This document shows, piece after piece, positions 17,481-26,669 of a stretch of DNA of 64,000 bases. Source of the stretch: Candidatus Onthoplasma sp. (GTDB lineage Bacteria; Bacillota; Clostridia; Christensenellales; UBA1242); contig CBFGBH010000002.1 in the NCBI GenBank assembly GCA_965646995.1, positions 5,977 through 69,976 on the forward strand. Direction: 5' to 3'. Position 1 is the stretch's first letter. Each line of letters opens with the position of its first letter. The translations under genes and the position numbers were made by a program. The notes beneath the pieces were generated by a model that saw nothing but the letters and a program-made list of their open reading frames with translations, was not told the origin of the DNA and made no database searches.

Positions 17481-18512
17481 ATGATAACGAATTGTAATAA
17501 TTGTGGAGGTATTCTAGTATTTAGCCCTAAAGATAAGGGTAATGTTTGCGAGAGCTGTGGTGCAATTCTGCCATTAAAGTATAATTATAAATTTACTAAA
17601 AAACCTTTTGAGCAAAATATAAATTTAGATGTGGATGAACTTGCTGAATCAATGAAGAATTTAAAGTGTAAATCATGTGGTGCAAATGTGTTGCTATCAA
17701 AATTCAAATTACAGACAAAATGTCCGTATTGTGATAGAACCACAATAGTCGAGGGTAAGAATAAAAAACTCATGTACATTGACTCAATCATACCTTTTAC
17801 ACTTGATAGAGAAGAAGCATTGAAGAAGTTTAAATCGGCGGTTAATAAACGCATATATGCAGATAGAAAAGTATTTAAGCATATTAGCCAAAACAATGTG
17901 GTTGGCGCTTATATCAATGCTTTTGTATTTGATATTAAGACTTCAAATACTTATTTAGGGACATTTAGCTATTGTATCAATGTAAAAGATTCTAATGGAA
18001 ATTCTCATACAGAGAAAAGATATAAGACAGTCAGTGGCACATATGATAAGGAGTTTAAAAATCTCACAATAGAGGCAAACTCTAATCTTGAACAACGAGA
18101 GTTGGTAAGTATTTTACCATTCGATTATACTGCTTCTGTAGAATTTAGAGATGAATTCATGAATGGTTATATGCTCGAATATCAAAATAAAATGTTTGAT
18201 GAATGTGTTAAGACGGCAGAGAAAGTAATGAAAGAAGCAGTTAAACGCGACCTACTCAGTAAGTATGAGTGTGAGCATATTGAGAATCTATCTCTTGATG
18301 TAAAATATTCAGATAGAAAATACAATTATTGTTTGTTACCGGTTTATATAATTAACAATACCGTTAAGGATAAAAAGTATAAAGTTGTAATGAATGGGCA
18401 GACAGGCAAAGTTGGTAAATTACCGAAAAATAAGTTTAGAATTATTCTTACAATATTTTTATCTTGCGGTTTAGTGGTGGGTTTGATATTGCTTCTGCTA
18501 TTGTTGCTATAG
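17481..18512 (+). CDS. Double zinc-ribbon protein with a C-terminal transmembrane anchor
   Basis: CxxC...CxxC twice ('CNNCGG..CESCG', 'CKSCGA..CPYCD'). C-terminal 'ILTIFLSCGLVVGLILLLLLLL'. Confidence 0.6.
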   Translation: MITNCNNCGGILVFSPKDKGNVCESCGAILPLKYNYKFTKKPFEQNINLDVDELAESMKNLKCKSCGANVLLSKFKLQTKCPYCDRTTIVEGKNKKLMYIDSIIPFTLDREEALKKFKSAVNKRIYADRKVFKHISQNNVVGAYINAFVFDIKTSNTYLGTFSYCINVKDSNGNSHTEKRYKTVSGTYDKEFKNLTIEANSNLEQRELVSILPFDYTASVEFRDEFMNGYMLEYQNKMFDECVKTAEKVMKEAVKRDLLSKYECEHIENLSLDVKYSDRKYNYCLLPVYIINNTVKDKKYKVVMNGQTGKVGKLPKNKFRIILTIFLSCGLVVGLILLLLLLL

Positions 18513-18629
18513 TATTTTTAATAATCTATACCAATCTCTACACACTTCAACAAAAAATGGTTTTATTTCAACAAATAAAACTGTTTTTTTTATTTTTAAC
18601 TCTGTTAGAATTCTTTCAAGGAGTTTGGT

Positions 18630-18941
18630 ATGGAAATTAAGTCACGCATTTTTAATAAAACGCTATATATTCTTCTGTCAGGCGAATTAGATGAATATAC
18701 AGCTCAAACAGCTAGAAAAACTCTCGATACACTTCTTGATACAGAGAAGGGTTTTATTCAGATAGTAATGGATATGTCGGAATTAACCTTTATGGACTCT
18801 ACAGGAGTAGGAGTATTGATAGGGAGATACAAAAAGATGAGATCATATAATAAACCAATTTTCATTACTAATCCGAGTCGAAATGCTGAACGTATTTTTA
18901 AGATGTCTGGATTATATGAAATAATGCCAAAGATTGTTTAA
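18630..18941 (+). CDS. spoIIAA: Anti-sigma F factor antagonist (STAS domain)
   Basis: 'FMDSTGVGVLIG' phospho-serine motif. First gene of the spoIIA-type operon. Confidence 0.9.
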   Translation: MEIKSRIFNKTLYILLSGELDEYTAQTARKTLDTLLDTEKGFIQIVMDMSELTFMDSTGVGVLIGRYKKMRSYNKPIFITNPSRNAERIFKMSGLYEIMPKIV

Positions 18942-18950
18942 GGAGGAAAT

Positions 18951-19382
18951 ATGAAAAATTCAATGGAAATTAAATTTAAAGCAATAGCTGAGAATAGCGC
19001 ATTTGCACGTAGTGTGGTTAGCAGTTTTATATTACCTTTAAATCCCAGTCTAAACGAATTATCAGATATAAAAACTGCAGTTAATGAAGCTGTTACTAAT
19101 GTGATAGTTCATGCTTATCCGGACAAAACGGGTTATATTACAATTAAGATGTCTACAAATAATAATTTAGTAAATATAAGTATATCGGATAATGGGGTGG
19201 GTATTCAAGATATAGAACGAGCATTAACACCGTTTTATACTAGTAAGCCTAATGAAGAGAGAAGCGGTATGGGTTTCACCGTAATGGAAAGTTTTATGGA
19301 TAAATTGGAGGTAATAAATAATAAAGAAGGCGTCACTGTGAATATGACTAAAGAGATAGAGCAAGAGAAGATGGTGATGTAA
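18951..19382 (+). CDS. spoIIAB: Anti-sigma F factor (serine protein kinase)
   Basis: HATPase N-box 'AVNEAVTNVIVHAY', 'DNGVGI', 'RSGMGF'. Confidence 0.9.
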   Translation: MKNSMEIKFKAIAENSAFARSVVSSFILPLNPSLNELSDIKTAVNEAVTNVIVHAYPDKTGYITIKMSTNNNLVNISISDNGVGIQDIERALTPFYTSKPNEERSGMGFTVMESFMDKLEVINNKEGVTVNMTKEIEQEKMVM

Positions 19383-20104
19383 TGCTGACTGCTGAAGAAA
19401 CATCTGAATTGCTCGAAAAAGCAAAAAATGGTAATGATTTAGCAAAAGAAAAGCTGATAACTATGAATTCGCCTCTAATTAAGAGCGTAGTTAAAAGATA
19501 TTTAAATAAAGGTACTGAATATGATGATTTATATCAACTTGGAGCTTTGGGTTTCGTAAAAGCTATCAAAAATTATGACCCAAGTTTTAATGTGAAATTT
19601 ACTACTTATGCTGTACCTATGATTGCAGGAGAGATTAAGCGTTTTTTACGTGACGATGGTAGCGTCAAAGTTTCGCGTAGTATCAAGCATACGGCTATAC
19701 AAATTAAAAATTATATTATAGAATATGTTAAACAATATGGAGAGAATCCGTCACTTGAGAAACTAAGTGAAGAGTTCAATCTCGATAAACAAGATATAAT
19801 TTTATCGATGGAGGCAAATACTAGCCCATTGTCTTTAAATGAAAAATTCAATGATGATGAAGGTTCGACTTCAATATTAGATAAACTCTCAGATAATTTT
19901 TCCGTGGATAATTATTTTGATAAATTAGCTATACGCGATATGATAGAGAAATTATCCGCTAGAGAAAAACAAATAATAATAATGCGTTATTATTTAGACA
20001 AAACGCAAAGTGAAATTGCTAAAGAACTGGGGGTAAGTCAAGTCCAAGTCAGTAGAATAGAAAATAAAATATTAAAAGAATTTAAAGAAGGCATAGATAT
20101 TTAA
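19382..20104 (+). CDS. sigF: RNA polymerase sporulation sigma factor F
   Basis: Region 2 'YDDLYQLGALGFVKAIKNYD' and region 4 HTH 'TQSEIAKELGVSQVQVSRIE'. Overlaps the spoIIAB stop. Confidence 0.9.
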   Translation: MLTAEETSELLEKAKNGNDLAKEKLITMNSPLIKSVVKRYLNKGTEYDDLYQLGALGFVKAIKNYDPSFNVKFTTYAVPMIAGEIKRFLRDDGSVKVSRSIKHTAIQIKNYIIEYVKQYGENPSLEKLSEEFNLDKQDIILSMEANTSPLSLNEKFNDDEGSTSILDKLSDNFSVDNYFDKLAIRDMIEKLSAREKQIIIMRYYLDKTQSEIAKELGVSQVQVSRIENKILKEFKEGIDI

Positions 20105-20122
20105 TCTATGCCTTATGATTTT
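20090..20122. terminator. Hairpin shared by convergent sigF and the Asn-rich gene
   Basis: GGCATAGAT/ATCTATGCC stem spanning the sigF stop, followed by a T-rich tail. Confidence 0.55.
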
Positions 20123-20141
20123 ATTTATAACTATTAAAGTT

Positions 20142-21521
20142 TTATGTCTTATTTTTTATACGAGATAAGAAATCACTAACGGATTGCTTAATATTGCTAA
20201 ATCTCATTTTTGGTGTAGGTGTGTTATCGTCACGGTAAGTATCTATATTTTTTGTGATTTTGAATTTTTTTGATTTTTTATCTATATGTTGTGTGTTATC
20301 TTGATTTTGTATACCAGTATTATTGTTTGATACATTATTTCCAACATTATTATTAACATAGTTTCGATTAAAATATGGATTAAAGCCATTCATTCCGTTA
20401 TAACCATTGCCGTACATAAATTCATTGTCAAGTAAAGCGGTATTAAAGAAACTATCTATATTTTTAGGATTATCTCCGACATAAGTGTCTATATTTGACT
20501 GGAATTTTTTATTTGTGTCAATTGTATCAATATTTTTATTCTCATTTTCATTGCTCTGATTGGCTTCAGTATTATTTTCTTGTAAATTTCCATTTTCATC
20601 TATTAAATAATCTTTTACTATGGGTTTATCATCATTTTTTTTGAAGCCGTATAGTATCCTACCTTGATTGTTAGGTGGAAGTGGTGCAGTCATGTTGAAC
20701 ATCTGATTAATCATGTTCAGTGAATATAAACCATTTTCAAGCATTTCATTGCCATTAATGATATTATCTAATACAATCATATATTTAAGAGATAATTTAT
20801 CTATGTCATTATTGCCATTTAATATCTCATTTAAATCGCTCAAAGATAAAGATAATTCTGTGGTTTTTCTAGATAATTGTCGACTAAGATTTTTTAATTG
20901 ATGAGATTGTTCGTTGATAAACATACGTTGTTCAGCAGTTAAATCAATCTCTTTGTTTTGTAGTTTATTAATGAGTGTTTCAGTTTCAAGAATAGCATTA
21001 GTTATTTTTTCCTTTAAATTGCAAAATTCGTCGCACGATTCATTTATATCATTTGATAAAGAATATAGCGTAGATAATTTATTTTCATTTTCGGGAAAAT
21101 CAGCATTGTCTAAATTTGACTCATTATTATTCTCCAGGACATTATTCTCATTATTATCTGTTTCGTTAGGTTCTATAATGTTAATGTCGTTATCAATTAT
21201 AGTTTGATTGTCAACATTTTCAGCAATATTAGTATCTATATCATTATTCATTAGTGGCTGAGCATACGAATTGCCATAGTTTTTTATGCTAGAGTCTGGA
21301 TTTTCTTCATTAAAAGGCGCAGAGACCTTAATAGCATATTTGTTCAGTTTGGTAGAGATTAGATTAGTATTAGTCATATTGGTGTAATTTTCTACATTCT
21401 TTTTGAATTCGTCTATACTATCATTAAAGTTAGTTGGTTTTTCATTATTATTTGACATACCATATCCTACAAATAATCCACCTAAACTAAGTAAAGTAAC
21501 TATTGGTAATATTTTTTTCAT
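20142..21521 (-). CDS. Hypothetical Asn-rich, membrane-anchored/secreted coiled-coil protein
   Basis: N-terminal 'KKILPIVTLLSLGGLFVGYG' signal/anchor, a central heptad-like region and a C-terminal N-rich low-complexity region. Confidence 0.5.
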   Translation of the reverse strand: MKKILPIVTLLSLGGLFVGYGMSNNNEKPTNFNDSIDEFKKNVENYTNMTNTNLISTKLNKYAIKVSAPFNEENPDSSIKNYGNSYAQPLMNNDIDTNIAENVDNQTIIDNDINIIEPNETDNNENNVLENNNESNLDNADFPENENKLSTLYSLSNDINESCDEFCNLKEKITNAILETETLINKLQNKEIDLTAEQRMFINEQSHQLKNLSRQLSRKTTELSLSLSDLNEILNGNNDIDKLSLKYMIVLDNIINGNEMLENGLYSLNMINQMFNMTAPLPPNNQGRILYGFKKNDDKPIVKDYLIDENGNLQENNTEANQSNENENKNIDTIDTNKKFQSNIDTYVGDNPKNIDSFFNTALLDNEFMYGNGYNGMNGFNPYFNRNYVNNNVGNNVSNNNTGIQNQDNTQHIDKKSKKFKITKNIDTYRDDNTPTPKMRFSNIKQSVSDFLSRIKNKT

Positions 21522-21629
21522 ATTATTTCTCCTTAACTTAGTATGAGAAAATTAACAAAAAATATTTCGGAAATAAAAAATTTGTTTATAAATTTCAAAT
21601 TATAGTTAACAATCATTTCGGAGAAGTAT

Positions 21630-22076
21630 ATGGACAAAAATAAAAGAAATGCGAACTATAATATATATGTTGAATCAAAAATTCCGAAGACAAAGGCATG
21701 GCCATCGCTTTTTAAGGCGTTTTTGCTGGGTGGTTTAATATGTGCTATTGGACAAGGTTTCTTTGACTTATATTCATATTTATTTCCAAATTTGGCGGAA
21801 AGTGAAGTGTCTACATGTATGCTTATGACGATAATATTCATCACATGCTTTTTGACAGGGTTAGGCGTATACGATATTGTTGGTGCGTGGGGAGGTGCTG
21901 GTTCTGTGATACCTATTACTGGTTTTTCTAATTCGATCTCAAGCCCTGCAATAGAGTTCAAAAAAGAAGGTATTATTTATGGTATTTGTGTCAAAATGTT
22001 TACAATAGCCGGCCCAGTCATAGTATGCGGTGTGGTGGGGTCAATCGTTTGTGGCTTCGTAGGGTTATTTATATAG
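21630..22076 (+). CDS. spoVAC: Stage V sporulation protein AC
   Basis: 'AFLLGGLICAIGQ' and 'ITGFSNS' pattern, about 150 aa, followed by spoVAD/AE. Confidence 0.85.
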   Translation: MDKNKRNANYNIYVESKIPKTKAWPSLFKAFLLGGLICAIGQGFFDLYSYLFPNLAESEVSTCMLMTIIFITCFLTGLGVYDIVGAWGGAGSVIPITGFSNSISSPAIEFKKEGIIYGICVKMFTIAGPVIVCGVVGSIVCGFVGLFI

Positions 22077-22083
22077 GTGATTT

Positions 22084-23136
22084 ATGCAGACAATTAAATT
22101 AAAAAATAAAGCATATATTCTAGACGGATATAGTATAGTTGGACCAATGGAAGGCGAAGGTCCAATAAAAGACTATTTTGATTATATATTAAAAGATGAT
22201 ACTTTAAAAGAAAAGACATTTGAGAAAAGTGAACGAAAGTTGTTGCAAAGTATAATTAAAGGTGCAATAGATAAAGCAGGACTTAAAAATAGTGATATAG
22301 ATTTTTTCTTAGGTGGGGACTTATTGAATCAAATAGTCAGTTCATCATATACTGCTAGAGAGTTGGAGATACCATTTATTGGCTTGTATTCGGCATGTGC
22401 CACTATGACAGAATCTTTAGCTTTGGGTTCGATTCTAGTGGATAATGGTTTGGCGAACAATATTGTGGCAGGTACCTGTACACATTTTAGTAGTGCAGAA
22501 AGACAATACCGTTTTCCATTAGAGCTTGGGAATCAACGCCCACCTACAGCTCAGTGGACTATAACAGGCGGTGGTGCAAGTGTGGTTTCAAATATACCTA
22601 GTAAAATTAGAGTGGTCTCAGTTACTTTTGGTAAAGTGACAGATTTTGGTATAGCGGATGTTAATAATATGGGAGCTGCTATGGCTCCAGCGGCTTGTGA
22701 TACTATATTAGAACATTTTAAGAATATGAAGAGGAAATCTGCTGATTACGATTTTATAGCGACGGGAGATTTGGGGAAATTAGGTAGTGAAATTTTGATA
22801 GACCTAATGGAACATGCAGGTGTAGTGCTTGGCAAAAATTATTCTGATTGCGGATGTATGATGTATGATAAAACTAAGCGTGTATTTATGGGGGGAAGCG
22901 GTGCTGGATGTAGTGCAAGCATACTTAATTCATATATTTTAAGGAAACTTAAATTAGGAGAATTTAAGAGAATACTTATTGTCTCTACAGGCGCATTGAT
23001 GAGTACAACTACATCCCAACAGGGAGATACAATACCGGGTATTGCTCACGCTGTAGAATTAGAATATGTCCCACAAACAGTCGTTCATAGAAAAACTAAT
23101 CAGAAAACAGCGAAAAAGGAGAAGAAGAATGATTAA
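22084..23136 (+). CDS. spoVAD: Stage V sporulation protein AD
   Basis: Thiolase-like fold pattern 'GLYSACATMTESLALG' and 'VSTGALMS'. Operon position fits. Confidence 0.85.
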   Translation: MQTIKLKNKAYILDGYSIVGPMEGEGPIKDYFDYILKDDTLKEKTFEKSERKLLQSIIKGAIDKAGLKNSDIDFFLGGDLLNQIVSSSYTARELEIPFIGLYSACATMTESLALGSILVDNGLANNIVAGTCTHFSSAERQYRFPLELGNQRPPTAQWTITGGGASVVSNIPSKIRVVSVTFGKVTDFGIADVNNMGAAMAPAACDTILEHFKNMKRKSADYDFIATGDLGKLGSEILIDLMEHAGVVLGKNYSDCGCMMYDKTKRVFMGGSGAGCSASILNSYILRKLKLGEFKRILIVSTGALMSTTTSQQGDTIPGIAHAVELEYVPQTVVHRKTNQKTAKKEKKND

Positions 23137-23506
23137 CGTTTGGGATTATGTAATATCATTTTTAGTTGGGGGTATTATTTGTTTTTTAGCTCAAATATTG
23201 GTAATAAGGACAAAAATTACTACTGCTCGCATTTTGGTATTATTCTTAATAATAGGCATGATTCTAGAAGTCTTTAATGTATATGCTCCTTTCAAAGAAT
23301 TTGCAAAAGCAGGAGCTAGCGTACCTATAATAGGTTTTGGAGCCAGTCTTGCTAGAGGTGCAATTTTGGCGACAAAAGAATATGGAATTATTGGAATATT
23401 CACAGGCGGACTTACCGCGGCGGCAGGTGGAATCTCCATGGCAATATTCGCATCATTTATATTCGCTTTAATATTTAGTAGTAAATCTAAGCGTGGAGGA
23501 CATTGA
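23129..23506 (+). CDS. spoVAE: Stage V sporulation protein AE (AEB type)
   Basis: 'PIIGFGASLARGA' pattern. I prefer the ATG at 23129 (GGAG RBS, 8-nt overlap with spoVAD) over the track start at 23066. Confidence 0.8.
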   Translation: MINVWDYVISFLVGGIICFLAQILVIRTKITTARILVLFLIIGMILEVFNVYAPFKEFAKAGASVPIIGFGASLARGAILATKEYGIIGIFTGGLTAAAGGISMAIFASFIFALIFSSKSKRGGH

Positions 23507-23565
23507 AAATATTGGCGAATATTTACGAATATAGATAATTTTATTTTTACTTAATAAATTAAAAT

Positions 23566-24228
23566 ATGAAGGAAAGATGCAATAAAACAAAAGGGTCAAA
23601 AAAGATTAATTTTAGCATCATTTTCTTTTTTATTCTAATGTCTATAATTATTTATTATTTTTTGGTTTCAAGCCCTATTATCAAGACTTATACAGTCGCT
23701 GAAACTAGAGCAGTTACGGAAAAGGCGGTCAACTTGGCAGTGAGTAATGTGGTAAATCGTACGCTTAGTTATGATACTTTAATAGATGTTAGTTATACAG
23801 CTACTGGTGAGATAGCGGCTTTCTCTGCTAATCAGTATGAAATTAATAGCATTACACGAGAGATAGTGAAAGAAACACAATATCAGATGAATTCGCTTGG
23901 GGAAGATGGCCTTAGGTTAAATATTGGAACTTTTACCGGACTACCTGTATTGATAGGCAGAGGGCCTAAAATAACATTGAAATTAGTTCCAATAGGTGCG
24001 GTAAGTAGTGTGTTTGAAAGCGAATTTAATTCAGTTGGTATAAATATGACAAAGCATACTTTATATTTATATGTTAATGTACATGTTAGTATTGTGCTTC
24101 CAATTAAAGCTTTTGAAGTATATTCTACGAATCAAATATTATTAGCAGAAAGTATAATAGTAGGCAAAGTGCCTGAAGTATATTTAAATGGTGGAAGTTT
24201 AGGAAAATCGTTGAATCTTGTACCATAA
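23566..24228 (+). CDS. yunB: Sporulation protein YunB
   Basis: N-terminal TM helix. 'GRGPKITLKLVPIGAV', 'SVGINMTKHTLYLYV' and 'IIVGKVPEVY' blocks are typical of YunB. Confidence 0.75.
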   Translation: MKERCNKTKGSKKINFSIIFFFILMSIIIYYFLVSSPIIKTYTVAETRAVTEKAVNLAVSNVVNRTLSYDTLIDVSYTATGEIAAFSANQYEINSITREIVKETQYQMNSLGEDGLRLNIGTFTGLPVLIGRGPKITLKLVPIGAVSSVFESEFNSVGINMTKHTLYLYVNVHVSIVLPIKAFEVYSTNQILLAESIIVGKVPEVYLNGGSLGKSLNLVP

Positions 24229-24266
24229 GAATTGATAAATCTATATCTATATGTTATAATAACATT

Positions 24267-25370
24267 ATGTTATATTTTGATAATGCTTCGACCACCAAGA
24301 TTAGTAAAGAAGCACTAGATACATATATAAAAGCGAGCGAAAATTTCTATAATCCAAGTGCTTTATATAACGAAGCCGGTTTAGTAAAAAGAGATATAGA
24401 TAATACTCGTGAGTTTTTTGTTAAGCTGTTAAAAGGTAAACCGAAATCTACTTTTATTTTTACTGCGGGTGCGACAGAAGCAAATAATGCAGTCTTAAAT
24501 TCATGTTTTAATCGTAAGGATAAGAAATATATTTTTAGTGCAGGAGAGCATAGCTCAATTTATGAAACAGCTTTGCATTATAAGGAGCAAGGTTATGATG
24601 TTAAGTTTGTTCCGCTTAATCCTAATGGTTCAGTTAATGTAGAAGAACTCATGAAACTAATTGACAAAAATGTCGCACTGGTTTCCATTATACATGTTAG
24701 TAATGAAACGGGAGCTGTAAATGATATAGAAAATATTGCAAGAAAAATTAAAAATATTGACACCAAAATTATCATACACAGTGACGGAGTTCAGGCAGTG
24801 GGGAAAATAAATATAAATCTATCAAAAATGGATGTAGATTTTTATACATTGTCAGCTCATAAAATTAATGGTCCAAAAGGTGTAGGAGCATTATTTATAG
24901 CGAATCAAAACAAGTTTAAACCATTTTTATTGGGTGGCGGACAAGAATCAAATTTGCGGTCAGGTACGGAAAATACACCTGGAATACTATCTTTTAAAAC
25001 CGCAATGGCAAATATAAAGATGAATGATTATTCTGAGCATAAAAAAGCATTGCTTTCACATTTATCAGGCGATTATGTCGTTGTATCGGATGAATCGTGT
25101 GTAGATAATATAATTTCTATTTGCTTTAAAGGTGTCCGAGGAGAAACGATTGCTCATATGATGGAGTCAAAAGGCTATCTAATAGGTACTGGGTCTGCTT
25201 GTAATAGTAAGGCTCATCATAATCGTGTAATTTCGCAACTAGTAGATAGAGATTATATTGACGGGACTTTACGTATTAGCTTCTCAGATGTGAGCATTGC
25301 TGATTGCATCAGACTAGGTCAAGAACTATCTCAAACAGTGTTAGAATATAGGAGAAAAATTAACAGATGA
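24267..25370 (+). CDS. Cysteine desulfurase (class V aminotransferase, NifS/IscS-like)
   Basis: PLP-lysine motif 'SAHKINGPKG' and active-site 'GSACNS'. Overlaps thiI by 4 nt. Confidence 0.85.
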   Translation: MLYFDNASTTKISKEALDTYIKASENFYNPSALYNEAGLVKRDIDNTREFFVKLLKGKPKSTFIFTAGATEANNAVLNSCFNRKDKKYIFSAGEHSSIYETALHYKEQGYDVKFVPLNPNGSVNVEELMKLIDKNVALVSIIHVSNETGAVNDIENIARKIKNIDTKIIIHSDGVQAVGKININLSKMDVDFYTLSAHKINGPKGVGALFIANQNKFKPFLLGGGQESNLRSGTENTPGILSFKTAMANIKMNDYSEHKKALLSHLSGDYVVVSDESCVDNIISICFKGVRGETIAHMMESKGYLIGTGSACNSKAHHNRVISQLVDRDYIDGTLRISFSDVSIADCIRLGQELSQTVLEYRRKINR

Positions 25371-26512
25371 ATAAGGTTATATTAATTAGATTTAATGAGA
25401 TACACTTAAAAGGTGGAAATAAGAAATATTTTACTAAATTACTATTAAATAACATTAAGCATGCTCTAAAAGGTTATGATTGTAAAATAGAGAATATTCA
25501 GAGTAGATTATTAGTAAGGGATTATATTGATGAAGATGAGATAATTTCTGCATTGAAATGTGTATTTGGTATTCATTCGTTATCTTTAGCGGTTGAATTA
25601 GAAAATAATGTCACTACTATTAATGACTATGTAAAAACGCTTGAGATAAATAAAACTTTTAAATGTGAAGTAAATAGAGCAGATAAATCTTTTCCTATTA
25701 AATCAAACGATTTTGCAGCCGATTTAGGAGAGATTATTTTAAAGAACAATAAAAATGCCAAAGTAGATATACATAACCCTGACATAATAGTTCATGTCGA
25801 TATTAGAGAAAATGGAAAAACTTATATTTTTTATAATATAGTATATGCTTATTCTGGGCTTCCACTAGGTGAGAATAGAGATGGTTTATTGTTATTAAGC
25901 GGTGGAATTGATAGCCCAGTAGCTGGTTTTTGTATGGCAAAAAGAGGTTTAAGACAAGATATATTGCATTTTGATAGTTTCCCGTATACTAGTCCGCAAG
26001 CTAAACAGAAAGTGATAGACTTAGCTAAATCAATACAGAAATTTACAGGAAGTAAATATATGTATATCTGTAGTATGACTAAATTGCAGGAAGAATTCCA
26101 TGTGAATTGCAGTACTGAATATGCGATTAATTTATTGCGAAGATCAATGATTAGGGTTGCGAATATCTTATGTCAGAAGTATAAATATAAGACGATAATA
26201 ACAGGCGAGAGTCTAGGACAAGTGGCAAGTCAGACGATAGAAAGTTTGACTACAACTAATGTCGTAGCAAATGTACCAGTATTAAGACCACTAATTAGCT
26301 TTAATAAAGAAGAGATCATTGCTATTGCAAAAGATATTAATACCTATGAAACAAGTATCTTACCATATGAAGATTGTTGCACTGTATTTTTACCACGAAA
26401 TCCAGTAATAAAGCCAGATATAAAGGTTGCCGAAAGAGAAGAATCTAAAATAGACTTAAATGATTTGATAAATGGTGTAATTAAAAACATTGAAGTTATA
26501 GTATTAGAATAA
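25367..26512 (+). CDS. thiI: tRNA uracil 4-sulfurtransferase
   Basis: THUMP-type N-terminal half and PP-loop 'LLLSGGIDSPVA'. Confidence 0.85.
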   Translation: MNKVILIRFNEIHLKGGNKKYFTKLLLNNIKHALKGYDCKIENIQSRLLVRDYIDEDEIISALKCVFGIHSLSLAVELENNVTTINDYVKTLEINKTFKCEVNRADKSFPIKSNDFAADLGEIILKNNKNAKVDIHNPDIIVHVDIRENGKTYIFYNIVYAYSGLPLGENRDGLLLLSGGIDSPVAGFCMAKRGLRQDILHFDSFPYTSPQAKQKVIDLAKSIQKFTGSKYMYICSMTKLQEEFHVNCSTEYAINLLRRSMIRVANILCQKYKYKTIITGESLGQVASQTIESLTTTNVVANVPVLRPLISFNKEEIIAIAKDINTYETSILPYEDCCTVFLPRNPVIKPDIKVAEREESKIDLNDLINGVIKNIEVIVLE

Positions 26513-26595
26513 TTATTAAACACTATATATATGGTGTAATATCAATATAATACACAATTATTAAATCAATTATATGAGACATTTTTAGATTTTTG

Positions 26596-26625
26596 TTGAC
26601 TTTGTTTAGATTTTTAGTGTATAAT
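26596..26625 (+). promoter_or_regulatory. Sigma-A-type promoter for rny
   Basis: TTGACT, 18-nt spacer, TATAAT. Confidence 0.5.
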
Positions 26626-26669
26626 CTAATTGTTACGATAGTATTCGTAATAAAAAGGTAGGGTAATTT

